IMG/VR virus record: IMGVR_UViG_3300027833_000012
Coordinates: 48,257-112,256 of that record
Length of the DNA: 64,000 nt
Reading direction: 5' to 3' (one strand)
Source: a virus
Lineage: Duplodnaviria; Heunggongvirae; Uroviricota; Caudoviricetes
The position numbers were made by a program, and so were the translations under genes. The notes beneath the pieces are model-generated. The model was not told where the DNA came from, made no database searches, and worked only from the letters and a program-made list of their open reading frames with translations. Below, in pieces: positions 10,416-19,638 of the stretch; within the stretch, counting starts at the first letter, position 1; each line of letters starts with the position of its first letter.

Positions 10416-10814
10416 CTATTCGTTTGTTTTAAATTTATAATACCAGACTTTACCATTAAACTTACTTAAATCTGGTACTAAAGTATCACCAATAGTTTTA
10501 TCTTGAATTTCTGAAACATGTAATTCATCACAAAATTCAATTGTTGACTCATACAATCTCTTACCACCTATAACCCAATCAGGGTTTTTAGCAAGAGCTT
10601 CTTCTAAAGTATGATAACCCTTTCCGACAACAATAACCTCTCTACCACTTAATTTAGGCATAGATTCAAATGTTGTTCTACCTACTAGTAATTTACAACC
10701 CATAGTCATTTTTTTAAAATGCTTTAAATCATCACTACTCTTCCATGGTAATTTATTATCTAAACCTATGTAGTCAAGTTTGTTAATTGCTATAATAGCT
10801 TTTAATTTATTCAT
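10416..10814 (-). CDS. frd: dihydrofolate reductase (short form)
   Basis: LPW motif, MGCKLLVGRTTFESMP (MGRKTxES) and GGKRLYE motifs; ends in TAG. Confidence 0.65.
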   Translation of the reverse strand: MNKLKAIIAINKLDYIGLDNKLPWKSSDDLKHFKKMTMGCKLLVGRTTFESMPKLSGREVIVVGKGYHTLEEALAKNPDWVIGGKRLYESTIEFCDELHVSEIQDKTIGDTLVPDLSKFNGKVWYYKFKTNE

Positions 10815-11832
10815 ATTGGTTTATATAACTTTTATTAATTTCACTAAACTTATCTAAAATTATTTGATGTTCACCATGTTCACCACATTGTGGGGTTAGG
10901 TATAACATATTCTCTTTAAAGTAACCAGACATTGGGTAAAGGTTTCTAGATATAGTATTTAAATCACTAAGTAATTTACCATGAACCCTAAAATCTCTTT
11001 TATATTTACCATTTAAAGTTTTAGGTTCTGGTTCTTTTTCTACTAACTCATCTAATTCTGAAGTAGCTTTACCTTGTTTAATATAAATTTTACGTAAAAT
11101 ATCTAAACTACTATTAAGGTCATACACACTTACACCTATAATTTGTAATAGTAATTCTTTACAAATTGAATCATCTAGGTGTTCCCATAATTGATACATA
11201 TTCTTTGTCCCAACCCATAATTTATCATCAGATAAATCTATATGACTTAATAAAGAGTCTGTACTATCTGAATCATTAAAATAATATATTGATTTACCGT
11301 CCCATGTTTTCAAATCTCTACCATCAGAAATGAATTTTTTACCACTATGTGAGTATAAATGTTCATCCTCCCCTTCACTTTCCCCTTCATACTTAAAATC
11401 TAATAACTTAAGAATACTTGAATCACCTAATCTTAAAGAATCTGTAGATTTAATAAAATTAGTTGACATGAAATCATAAACTTTTTTATTAATAAACATG
11501 AAATTCCAATCTTCAACTTCACTAGGATTTTTAATCTTATTCAACACTTCTTTATATTTATCTCTACCAAAAGTGTGTTTACCATCAACAAAATAAACAA
11601 CAAATTCTTCAATTGTAACACCAAAGTGTTCTTCAATTAATTTTGTGTTTTCATCTTTTTGTATATTTTTTAAACCACCATAATCATCATACGTACCAAA
11701 AATTGGTAACGTTGCTGGTAAATTTGGTTGATAACCAAAACCATTATTTTTCTTTAAGGGTAATAAAACACATTCATTACCAGATGTAATCGCTATATTA
11801 CTTATTCCACAGTGCACTGACCAACTTCCCAT
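10807..11832 (-). CDS. hypothetical protein
   Basis: 341-aa ORF. Confidence 0.45.
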   Translation of the reverse strand: MGSWSVHCGISNIAITSGNECVLLPLKKNNGFGYQPNLPATLPIFGTYDDYGGLKNIQKDENTKLIEEHFGVTIEEFVVYFVDGKHTFGRDKYKEVLNKIKNPSEVEDWNFMFINKKVYDFMSTNFIKSTDSLRLGDSSILKLLDFKYEGESEGEDEHLYSHSGKKFISDGRDLKTWDGKSIYYFNDSDSTDSLLSHIDLSDDKLWVGTKNMYQLWEHLDDSICKELLLQIIGVSVYDLNSSLDILRKIYIKQGKATSELDELVEKEPEPKTLNGKYKRDFRVHGKLLSDLNTISRNLYPMSGYFKENMLYLTPQCGEHGEHQIILDKFSEINKSYINQYE

Positions 11833-11850
11833 ATTTGTTTTTTTGTTTTA

Positions 11851-11860
11851 ACAAATATAC
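11851..11860 (-). promoter_or_regulatory. -7 promoter element acaaatatac
   Basis: 18 nt upstream of the ATG at 11832. Confidence 0.4.
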
Positions 11861-11892
11861 TATTTTTAATCCAATAAAACAAATAATAAAAC

Positions 11893-11921
11893 AAAAAAAA
11901 ACACCTAAATTAGGTGTTTTT
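11893..11921. terminator. hairpin terminator acacctaaattaggtgt plus T-run
   Basis: Flanked by A9 and T5. Confidence 0.55.
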
Positions 11922-12032
11922 AATTAATTGATAATAACCACTCACAAATCCATAAGTATTAGTTTTACATGTACTTTTCCGCATGACCTTACTTCTATTG
12001 GTTAAATAACCTCAGAGGGTGGTTTATTATAT

Positions 12033-12311
12033 TTATTTTCGTGAATACTTATCAACATGTTCTTTGGTCCAACCATAATCGATTAGTTCACCGTAAAAGT
12101 TAATATATTTTTCTTTACTTTCCTCAATTAACCATCTATAATCAAGATATTCCCAATCATTAATAATTTCTTTTGGAAGTTTTAAATAAAAATCTTCATC
12201 ACAATAGTGTTTTTTTAAATGTTGCTTCCAACATCTTCTAATTCGACTCCAATAATCTTGTGTCGTCATCATCTTACTCTTATAGTAAGGTTTTCTTTTA
12301 CTTCTACTCAT
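12033..12311 (-). CDS. hypothetical protein
   Basis: 92 aa, basic. Confidence 0.35.
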   Translation of the reverse strand: MSRSKRKPYYKSKMMTTQDYWSRIRRCWKQHLKKHYCDEDFYLKLPKEIINDWEYLDYRWLIEESKEKYINFYGELIDYGWTKEHVDKYSRK

Positions 12312-12376
12312 ATCTTCTATATAGGACGTTAGTTTCCCTAGAAGACTGAAGCTTTTATATATTTTTCCATAATTTT

Positions 12377-12610
12377 TTAATCATTTACACTAACATGTAT
12401 TACACCGTCAATAATATCAACCTTAGTATTATAAATACCTTCATGAATTATAATCGGTACATTATCTGATACTTTATTAGGTTTTTTATTTTTTATTTCA
12501 CTAATAACTCTCCTAATTTCATCTTCTTTAGCGGATTTACTTAACCTTGTTGAGTAATCGAAGGATTTTTTTAATATCCTATAAAGTCTTAACATCTCTG
12601 ATATCTTCAT
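12377..12610 (-). CDS. hypothetical protein
   Basis: 77 aa. Confidence 0.35.
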   Translation of the reverse strand: MKISEMLRLYRILKKSFDYSTRLSKSAKEDEIRRVISEIKNKKPNKVSDNVPIIIHEGIYNTKVDIIDGVIHVSVND

Positions 12611-12615
12611 AATAA

Positions 12616-12840
12616 TTACTTGATTAAATGTTTAACTTTTTCACAAGGCACACAAGTAACACCTAGACCAGTTGTTTCTAATGATGCTGCTTTTCTAGAA
12701 GCAACAACAGCAAAACATAACCCAGTCCTATCATCCTTATCGTAGACTAAATCCTCAGCTTTAAAATTTACATTACTAGATGTACCAACTGAACAACTAC
12801 ATAAGAATAATGTAACACATAATACCATTAATTTTTTCAT
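12616..12840 (-). CDS. small lipoprotein
   Basis: Signal peptide MKKLMVLCVTLFLCSCS with lipobox. Confidence 0.45.
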   Translation of the reverse strand: MKKLMVLCVTLFLCSCSVGTSSNVNFKAEDLVYDKDDRTGLCFAVVASRKAASLETTGLGVTCVPCEKVKHLIK

Positions 12841-12863
12841 ATACTTTCTTTTTTTTATATTAG

Positions 12864-13022
12864 TAGAGAGTACAGGATTCGAACCTGTATGGACTTTGTT
12901 TCTTTCGAATCTTTTGTTCCTAGCATTGTCATCTTACCACGCCATATAAGCGGTCTTGATAAGAAACTGATTTTAACGACTATCAGTTTGCATAGCTTCT
13001 TTCCCAATTTAGCCAACTCCCT
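12864..13022 (-). ncRNA. 159-nt tRNA-like RNA (acceptor and T arm canonical, interior expanded)
   Basis: 5' AGGGAGU (rc of actccct, 13016-13022) pairs 7/7 with 3' ACUCUCU (12865-12871), next to T arm ACAGG-UUCGAAU-CCUGU. The D arm is GCU/AGC with a GG loop. The interior holds an 8-bp hairpin AAACUGAU/AUCAGUUU whose 10-nt loop contains GUUAAAA. Confidence 0.35.
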
Positions 13023-13473
13023 ATTTAAAGTACAAGTAACTAACATTACAATGATTCAACTCACTAGAACTCAACTGATTGTACTTCTAAGCTTGCCTTA
13101 TTCTTTATTTCAATAACAAATATTCTATATTGCATCTTTATCCCCTTATGACATATCAAGGGGTACACTGGATAAGGTTATGTGTAGCTCGGTTAGATTT
13201 CTCTCCCTCTACCGATATATTTTTACGTCAGAGACACTACACTTTCCCTCAACTCTCTGTTTGAACTTTAAAATATTTTTGTTATTATATACCAAACACC
13301 CTCACACAGTTTTATAATAAACCAAAAAAATGAAGCTATTATAAGTAATCTTGAATGCCAACTTAAATTATATTTTTTACTTTTATGTGGTATGTGTATT
13401 GATATCAAACTACATCCCAGTAACAATAATAGTGTTTCCATTTTATTTAATTTATATTAATACTTTTTATTTC

Positions 13474-13580
13474 TATAAATAACAAGCTGAATAACCACAA
13501 TCATTACATTCCTCACCATAAGTGCAATGATTGTAATTCTCACTTCCACATTGGGGACATATTTCATTGTTTCTTTTCAT
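13474..13580 (-). CDS. 35-aa zinc-ribbon miniprotein (not in ORF track)
   Basis: MKRNNEICPQCGSENYNHCTYGEECNDCGYSACYL; two CxxC pairs. Confidence 0.3.
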
Positions 13581-13828
13581 CTCTTCTAATTTATTTTTTA
13601 AAAGTAACTATTACTACGCAGTTGTTAACAACTCCACAAGCCCTAATTTGTGTCATATATCATCTCAGACATACTTGTAGTAATCGGATATTAAAGAGCA
13701 TTTCTATCTGTCTCTTATTACTTAAAAACTCTTTGACTCCACCTTCAGTCTTGTGGAATGTTTATTAATAATGTGTGCTATTGCAGCTTCAATACAGCTA
13801 AGTCTCATACATTTAAACATCATCCAAC

Positions 13829-13859
13829 AAACAACAACTACTCTGAAATGTAGTTTGTA
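13829..13859. repeat. 31-bp hairpin repeat, copy 1 (aacaacaactactctgaaatgtagtttgta)
   Basis: Identical copy at 14667-14696; forms AACUAC/GUAGUU stem; both copies lie 3' of minus-strand genes. Confidence 0.6.
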
Positions 13860-13979
13860 GGTTTATAAAAGACTCACCCTTTCGGGTTCCACTTACCTCC
13901 AATGATAGCTTCTTTATTTTCCTACTGTTTATATTCAACCAAAGAGTTTTATTTCATTCTTGTATTTCACAAAATACCA

Positions 13980-14192
13980 TTATTTATATTGTGTTTTTCT
14001 ATTATACTTCCAGGTTCTCCATTTTCTCTGTTGTTGTCTCCATATAAGTTTTTTATTATATTTACCTATTGAATCCCAACCTAAATCCCAATCTATATCA
14101 CTCCAATTATACGCTAATCTTTTGTAATCTAAATTATTTAAAGCTTCTTTAGTTTTAGCTCTACTAATCTTTTTATTTTTTCTTCTTGTCAT
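13980..14192 (-). CDS. small basic protein
   Basis: 70 aa; Lys/Arg/Trp-rich. Confidence 0.3.
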   Translation of the reverse strand: MTRRKNKKISRAKTKEALNNLDYKRLAYNWSDIDWDLGWDSIGKYNKKLIWRQQQRKWRTWKYNRKTQYK

Positions 14193-14435
14193 AATTTATA
14201 GTTTTAATAAAACTATAAATTGTCAAACTTCTTTTTCATACAATATTTATTTTTCTAACCAAATTAACATTTTATTAAACCAATCTCTTTTATTCAGTAA
14301 ACCACATAAAATAGCGATTGGGTAACATAAAAATAATTTTAAGACATATATAATATCACTTTTATTATTATAACCCCATTTTTGTCTAAAATTTTTAACT
14401 TTGGACGTTATTTTATTCATGTTACTTACTTTAAG

Positions 14436-14543
14436 TGTTAGGTGTAGGACTCGAACCTACATACCTTTAATTTAGTTAATTACTCTAAACTAATCAGTTG
14501 CCGCAACATTTACGGAGCGTTGAAACCATTCCGCCAACCTAAC
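14436..14543 (-). tRNA. 108-nt tRNA-like gene (type-II-like, expanded; loop GUUUAGAG contains UUA)
   Basis: 5' GUUAGGU pairs with 3' ACCUAAC; T arm GUAGG-UUCGAGU-CCUAC; D arm GCG/CGC with a GG loop; interior has extra hairpins and no canonical 7-nt anticodon loop. Confidence 0.4.
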
Positions 14544-14666
14544 TTAATTAAAAAAAAAACCCTTTACCCCTTATATTCAGATTATGGGGAATACTGGAAA
14601 CAACCTCCTACCGCCCATGATTCAATGGACAGTGCCAGAATCTAACTGACGTATCTGATACTAATA

Positions 14667-14696
14667 AACAACAACTACTCTGAAATGTAGTTTGTA
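14667..14696. repeat. 31-bp hairpin repeat, copy 2
   Basis: Identical to 13829-13859; also followed by the shared caaagagtttta motif. Confidence 0.6.
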
Positions 14697-14785
14697 ATCA
14701 CGCTAATTCTCCTATTTCAAATTAGTCTTACCGCTCTCCCTAGATTACCGTTTATCTTCAAACAAAGAGTTTTATATTTTAATTA

Positions 14786-16102
14786 TTATTCACAAAGACT
14801 ATCCCCAGGTATATAACTTGTATTCCATTGAGTCAATACATCTCCATTTGATGAAGTCCATTGTCCTGTTGGTAATGGTTGGCCTGATACAGCTTTCCAT
14901 AGAATCATATCTCCTGGCTCAATACTAATACTAAGTACTTCTCCATTCCCATAATCAAATGTAATACTTATTGTGTCTGAACTACCATTATACATTTCAA
15001 TAATGTCTGTTCTAACCCCATCAATATAAATACCTCTAGCGTATACTGTATTGTAGTCAGTTAAATACACATAAGGTGTTACATTTACAAAACTACCAGC
15101 TGGGCTATCACACATACCATACACATATTCTGTGTAGTAAGATGTATCTTCTTCTACTTCCCAGTTATCATCAAAATCACATGGGTGACAATCTAATTCT
15201 GTCCAATCAAAGTTAAAGGTAAAATTATTTACATCCTCAACAACCGAATCATGGTTTACAATCAACATACACCCAAGAGATTCTCCAGTTGTAATATCAA
15301 ATGATGTTGTAAATGTGTTTGTAACATTTGGAAAACTATCACAAACTCTAAACTCATACTCTACCGTAGCACCAGTTGAAGTATCGTCAACATGAGACCA
15401 ATAAAATCTTAATACTTCACTGTAGTTAGTAGCATCAAATTGCTTAGTTAATGTTGTTGAATTACCACTACTATCAGTGTATGTGGCAACAACTACAATG
15501 TAATTTGAATTAAATGTGGCAACCATTTCATCATCTAAGGCTATTAAAGTCATTAATCTTCCAGATGATGCACTCATTTCGAAGACAACCACATTATTAC
15601 CTTCTTCAGTAACTAATACATCATTGTCTTCACCGTAAAATGTAGTGTGAGGTGCTTTTGCCCTCATCTCACCCATTAAATCATTCATATCTGAAGATGT
15701 AGACCCTGGTACAAAACCATAACTGAATTCACCCTCTTTTCTGTAGGTATCAGCAGTAGCTATAAAGTTGTTTGTACCAAGAGCAACGTCCTGTAATACA
15801 AATTCATTTTCACCCGACCCATCGTCAGTCATTTCATAAGTTTCTGAAGTGGAATAACTTGTATTACCTATCGCACCAACATGATTGGCTGTGATGTCAA
15901 TTACATCTATAAATGGTAATACCGTTAGAGGTCTATTAATTGCAACCCTAGATTGACTATTACTTGACGGAGCAACAATAATACTAACGTCTTGTGTTTT
16001 TAATGTTGGGTTAATTACTTCTGGACTCTCAGAGTCATCATTACTGCATGATGTTAACCCAATAATCATCATTAATAATACTAATTTAAAATACTTTTTC
16101 AT
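14786..16102 (-). CDS. large secreted lipoprotein, Ser/Thr-rich
   Basis: MKKYFKLVLLMMIIGLTSCSND signal peptide plus lipobox; 438 aa. Confidence 0.6.
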   Translation of the reverse strand: MKKYFKLVLLMMIIGLTSCSNDDSESPEVINPTLKTQDVSIIVAPSSNSQSRVAINRPLTVLPFIDVIDITANHVGAIGNTSYSTSETYEMTDDGSGENEFVLQDVALGTNNFIATADTYRKEGEFSYGFVPGSTSSDMNDLMGEMRAKAPHTTFYGEDNDVLVTEEGNNVVVFEMSASSGRLMTLIALDDEMVATFNSNYIVVVATYTDSSGNSTTLTKQFDATNYSEVLRFYWSHVDDTSTGATVEYEFRVCDSFPNVTNTFTTSFDITTGESLGCMLIVNHDSVVEDVNNFTFNFDWTELDCHPCDFDDNWEVEEDTSYYTEYVYGMCDSPAGSFVNVTPYVYLTDYNTVYARGIYIDGVRTDIIEMYNGSSDTISITFDYGNGEVLSISIEPGDMILWKAVSGQPLPTGQWTSSNGDVLTQWNTSYIPGDSLCE

Positions 16103-16439
16103 ATTGTTAATTTTTTTTTATTTTGCCTACTCTAAATTAAGTTTTCAGCTACCCTTATTTATTTACTAAAACAAATATACAACTTATTATTTAATAAAAC
16201 AAGTTTAAATTAAATATTTAACTTATTTTTTATATGTGTATGTTGTATCACACTCTTTTGAACCATCAACCTCAACACAATTTATCTTAACACTAGGGTT
16301 AATTAATTTTGATGATGTTAATGTATTACTAGGTTTATTAGGTAAAAAAAACATTGCGAATATACCACCCAATACAAAAAAAAATACCATAACATTAATC
16401 TTTTCATTACTTTTATTTTCCTCCATAATATTTTATATT

Positions 16440-16889
16440 TTAAATTAATTTTAATCCTTCTTGTAGCCCTTCCTCCAATGCTTCTTCGTAGGTTTTAAAA
16501 CTACCTAATTCAATAGGAACATAACCATTTTCATTTTTTTCTGTATAATGATATACCTCACACCCATAGGATTTTCTCTTGGAATAAGGACTAGGTATTA
16601 CTTCTATACCATGTACTTCCCTTAACCATTTTTGTAGTAATGATTGTGATGGTCTTTCATAAAGTGTGTAATACTCATTACTTAAGTCACCAAGATTAGG
16701 TTCACCGTTAACCATGTAAAATTTACTATCAGTTGTTAAATCACCTTCTTCATAAGACTCCAAATGATTAGGGTCACCATCATATTCATAAGTTGAATTA
16801 TGTAAGATGAATAGACAATTACTACCACCTTTATAAGATTTTTCTTTAGCTAACTTTGCCGTTTCAAATGTTATTAAATCTTCTTTCAT
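16440..16889 (-). CDS. hypothetical protein
   Basis: 149 aa; preceded by the 62-bp promoter repeat. Confidence 0.45.
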   Translation of the reverse strand: MKEDLITFETAKLAKEKSYKGGSNCLFILHNSTYEYDGDPNHLESYEEGDLTTDSKFYMVNGEPNLGDLSNEYYTLYERPSQSLLQKWLREVHGIEVIPSPYSKRKSYGCEVYHYTEKNENGYVPIELGSFKTYEEALEEGLQEGLKLI

Positions 16890-16899
16890 TATTTATTTT

Positions 16900-16961
16900 T
16901 ATATGTTTTGATTTACACAAATATAAGAAGAATTTATTTACTGTGCAAATTTAATGTGAAG
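16900..16961 (-). promoter_or_regulatory. 62-bp promoter-bearing intergenic repeat, copy 1
   Basis: tatatgttttgatttacacaaatataagaagaatttatttactgtgcaaatttaatgtgaag. On the coding strand this reads TTTG (-33) ... TTATATTTG (-7, TAnnTTTG), immediately 5' of the start of 16440..16889. Confidence 0.55.
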
Positions 16962-16970
16962 TTTTTTATA

Positions 16971-17414
16971 TTAACATATTGGTTGGTTATCACGTATTAA
17001 TGTATCAACATAAAACCTTTCTTTATCTGATAACTTATTATACCACTCATTAGCTTCTTTAATCCCGTTCAGTTCTTTATACCTTTCTATCTTTAACCTC
17101 TCAACCTCATTAAAATCCTCGACACTTATAGCTTTGAAAGATATATTTTTTGACCCAAATACATTATACAATTTAACCACATAACCTAAATTTTCAACAC
17201 CATACCAATCATCATTATTAAATATATTTAAAGCTTCAAATATATCAATACCCAAAGTTTCCTTTAACTTTTTAATAACTTCGATTTTAGTATACGATAG
17301 TCGCTTTACCTTAAATTTAATATATCTATAAATCACATTTTCATCAAAATATTTATAATCCATATCTAATTCTGCTGAGACAATATTATATTTTATGTTA
17401 CACAATTTACTCAT
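16971..17414 (-). CDS. hypothetical protein
   Basis: 147 aa. Confidence 0.4.
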   Translation of the reverse strand: MSKLCNIKYNIVSAELDMDYKYFDENVIYRYIKFKVKRLSYTKIEVIKKLKETLGIDIFEALNIFNNDDWYGVENLGYVVKLYNVFGSKNISFKAISVEDFNEVERLKIERYKELNGIKEANEWYNKLSDKERFYVDTLIRDNQPIC

Positions 17415-17417
17415 GAT

Positions 17418-17702
17418 TTATTTTAAAGTTCCTATTACTAACCCTTCGAATATAATATCAGTACCTATAATATAACCAAGTTTTTTCAAACCCTCAATTT
17501 CACCAGATACTGGTAAGGGTTTATATGGTAAAGGTTTACCACCAAATCTTTGGATAATCTCACGATAAATGTAAGGTGAAATATTAGAATTAAAAACTTT
17601 ACTAAACCAATAAATATTTGATAAATGTTGGTCATCGATTTGGTTTAAACTTAAAACCCTATCATCATATGTTCTCCATTTAAATTCTGTAACAGTACTC
17701 AT
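17418..17702 (-). CDS. hypothetical protein
   Basis: 94 aa. Confidence 0.4.
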   Translation of the reverse strand: MSTVTEFKWRTYDDRVLSLNQIDDQHLSNIYWFSKVFNSNISPYIYREIIQRFGGKPLPYKPLPVSGEIEGLKKLGYIIGTDIIFEGLVIGTLK

Positions 17703-17706
17703 AATT

Positions 17707-18051
17707 TTAATTATTTTTTGTTATAAAAAAATCAAACCCATTAAAAGGTAAATTAACCCTAAATTTAGTTCCTTTAGGTGCTTTCCATTTGTAAATTAAC
17801 CTCTTAGCTGCCTTTAATGACATAGGGTTAGGTAAACCTAAATAATTCATTGAATAATAAGAGCTGTGTAAACCTCCAAGATTTTTAGGGTTTTTTATCC
17901 ACTCTAATTTGTCAGAATCAAACCACATACCCCTTTCTACTGGCTCAACCCATAGAGGTCTTTTTGTTTTTATGTTATTATTGTGCGGGTTTAAATAACT
18001 AACCGATTTAAACATTCTTTGACCCTTTGGTTTTCTTGATTTAGTACGCAT
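17707..18051 (-). CDS. hypothetical basic protein
   Basis: 114 aa. Confidence 0.4.
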   Translation of the reverse strand: MRTKSRKPKGQRMFKSVSYLNPHNNNIKTKRPLWVEPVERGMWFDSDKLEWIKNPKNLGGLHSSYYSMNYLGLPNPMSLKAAKRLIYKWKAPKGTKFRVNLPFNGFDFFITKNN

Positions 18052-18056
18052 ACCTT

Positions 18057-18125
18057 TATATGTTTTGATTTATTGATTTACACAAATATAAGAAGAATTT
18101 ATTTACTGTGCAAATTTAAAGTGAA
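18057..18125 (-). promoter_or_regulatory. promoter-bearing intergenic repeat, copy 2
   Basis: Near-identical to 16900-16961 with a 7-bp internal duplication; 5' of 17707..18051. Confidence 0.55.
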
Positions 18126-18715
18126 AAAGATTTAAAAAAATTAGTTATCTTGTAACAATGGTTACTAGAAAGACCATTACAACTGTCAACATGAAAGAAA
18201 TTATTACGTTGATTATATAACATGTCTGAATCGTCATCAATTATTACATATCTTCTGAAATTCCAAGCTAAACTTACATCTAATTCCAATTTATCACACA
18301 AATAATCCCTAATGAATGATTGAATCTCCATACCCCTACATGATTCGTTTCTATTAAAGTGTGGGGTAAGTCCTATTATATCGAAATCACAACCTAAAGT
18401 TTTAAAAAATAATCTCATATAGTCTAAACCATGACTTCTCCATGTTGAAGAAATAACAACTTTACTATTGGTATCTTTACATAATTCATTAAATAATTTA
18501 ACTGTGTTAAAGTCAACTGATTCGATATTATATTTTAATTTATCTACATGACTATAACTTTCAACTTCACTATATATGTTTTCATTATCCAACGATAGTT
18601 TATCTAGGTTATTTGGTTCTGAGTTTAATTCTCTTTTATACCTTTCAGAATAAAATTTATGATGATTTAAAACTCCATCAATATCTAAGAATATAATGTT
18701 AGGTACTTTACTCAT
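18116..18715 (-). CDS. HAD-superfamily phosphatase (possible polynucleotide 3'-phosphatase)
   Basis: Motif I FLDIDGVL (DxDG[TV]); motif II SST; motif IV IIDDDSD; directly flanks the tRNA island. Confidence 0.5.
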   Translation of the reverse strand: MSKVPNIIFLDIDGVLNHHKFYSERYKRELNSEPNNLDKLSLDNENIYSEVESYSHVDKLKYNIESVDFNTVKLFNELCKDTNSKVVISSTWRSHGLDYMRLFFKTLGCDFDIIGLTPHFNRNESCRGMEIQSFIRDYLCDKLELDVSLAWNFRRYVIIDDDSDMLYNQRNNFFHVDSCNGLSSNHCYKITNFFKSFSL

Positions 18716-18724
18716 GATTTATTT

Positions 18725-18786
18725 ATATGTTTTGATTTACACAAATATAAGAAGAATTTATTTACTGTGCAAATTTAAAGTGAAGT
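18725..18786 (-). promoter_or_regulatory. promoter-bearing intergenic repeat, copy 3
   Basis: Identical core to copies 1 and 2; 5' of 18116..18715. Confidence 0.55.
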
Positions 18787-18793
18787 TTTTTTG

Positions 18794-18866
18794 AGACCCT
18801 ACTCAGATTCGAACTGAGACTGTAGCTTTCGTAGAGCTAAGTGCTTGTCCATTACACCATAGAGCC
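18794..18866 (-). tRNA. tRNA-Arg (anticodon ACG)
   Basis: rc folds GGCUCUA-UG-GUGU/ACAC... anticodon arm UAGCU-CUACGAA-AGCUA, T arm CUCAG-UUCGAAU-CUGAG, acceptor 3' UAGGGUC. Confidence 0.75.
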
Positions 18867-18870
18867 AATT

Positions 18871-18950
18871 TGTAGCGTAAGTCGGAATTGAACCGACCCA
18901 GCAAACCTTATGAGGGTAAGCCCTCCACCTTGGAGCTACGCAATTTTTGA
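18871..18950 (-). tRNA. tRNA-like gene, non-canonical
   Basis: Clear T arm GUCGG-UUCAAUU-CCGAC and a 6/7-bp acceptor (GCGUAGC/CUUACGC). The interior has a GAGGG-CUUA-CCCUC tetraloop hairpin instead of a 7-nt anticodon loop; about 67 nt only. Confidence 0.3.
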
Positions 18951-19020
18951 GACCCTACCCAGATTCGAACTGGGGCTATAACTTTAGAAGAGTTAGGTGC
19001 TTCCGCTACACCATAGAGCC
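18950..19020 (-). tRNA. tRNA-Arg (anticodon UCU)
   Basis: GGCUCUA-UG-GUGU-AGCGGA-AGCAC; anticodon arm UAACU-CUUCUAA-AGUUA; T arm CCCAG-UUCGAAU-CUGGG. Confidence 0.8.
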
Positions 19021-19023
19021 TTA

Positions 19024-19209
19024 TTATTTTTTATTATTTAACTTTTTTAATTGGGTGATTATCTCATTTAACATACCAAGAAGAGACCCGAATAAAAGTG
19101 CTAAAGATAGTTTATTATAAAATACCATTTCTGAAGGTATTAATATCACAAATGTAAGGGCACTGTAAATAAACCATTGAACTAAACCTTTATAATTATA
19201 TGTTTTCAT
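19024..19209 (-). CDS. small membrane protein
   Basis: 61 aa; two hydrophobic helices. Confidence 0.35.
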   Translation of the reverse strand: MKTYNYKGLVQWFIYSALTFVILIPSEMVFYNKLSLALLFGSLLGMLNEIITQLKKLNNKK

Positions 19210-19213
19210 AAGC

Positions 19214-19480
19214 TTAACCTCTAGTTTTTATTAAATCATTTAATTTTATAATATTTTTACTTACCCATTCATCTAACCCATATATTTGATAATCATCAAA
19301 ATTATATTCCATATGGTTATCATTACTTAAACCCTTAGACTCTAGTAACATATATTCTACACTAAATATATCATTAGCCTCAACAACAATATTATACTCG
19401 AAAAAATCTCCTTCACCACCGCCAGATAATATTACAACAAATTTTTTCATGTTATTACATATTAAAATTAGAACCTCCAT
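19214..19480 (-). CDS. hypothetical protein
   Basis: 88 aa. Confidence 0.4.
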   Translation of the reverse strand: MEVLILICNNMKKFVVILSGGGEGDFFEYNIVVEANDIFSVEYMLLESKGLSNDNHMEYNFDDYQIYGLDEWVSKNIIKLNDLIKTRG

Positions 19481-19544
19481 CCAGATTCGAACTGGAACTA
19501 AAACTTTAGAAGAGTTTTGTGCTTATCCATTACACCATGGAGGC
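19472..19544 (-). tRNA. tRNA-Arg (anticodon UCU), second copy
   Basis: GCCUCCA acceptor; anticodon arm AAACU-CUUCUAA-AGUUU; T arm UCCAG-UUCGAAU-CUGGA. Confidence 0.75.
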
Positions 19545-19552
19545 TTATATTG

Positions 19553-19630
19553 TGGTCCAGGTGAGACTCGAACTCACATGTGACCAAATTACGGTTTCAA
19601 CTGCTTATGAGGCAGAGCCGATACTGGACC
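19553..19630 (-). tRNA. tRNA-like gene with CAU (Met/Ile2-type) loop, non-canonical architecture
   Basis: Perfect 7-bp acceptor GGUCCAG/CUGGACC; T arm GUGAG-UUCGAGU-CUCAC. The CUGC-CUCAUAA-GCAG hairpin lies only 8 nt after the acceptor (no normal D arm), and 23 nt separate it from the T arm. Confidence 0.45.
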
Positions 19631-19638
19631 TTATTTTG

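Noticed and set aside
12864-13252. Possible tRNA carrying a group I intron, since the T arm/acceptor 3' strand at 12864-12888 could pair with AGAGAGU near 13246-13252
   Set aside because: A nearer 5' strand (13016-13022) pairs 7/7. No credible 5' exon (D arm plus anticodon stem) or group I P7/P3 elements were seen around 13252. The distant match is a simple 7-mer.
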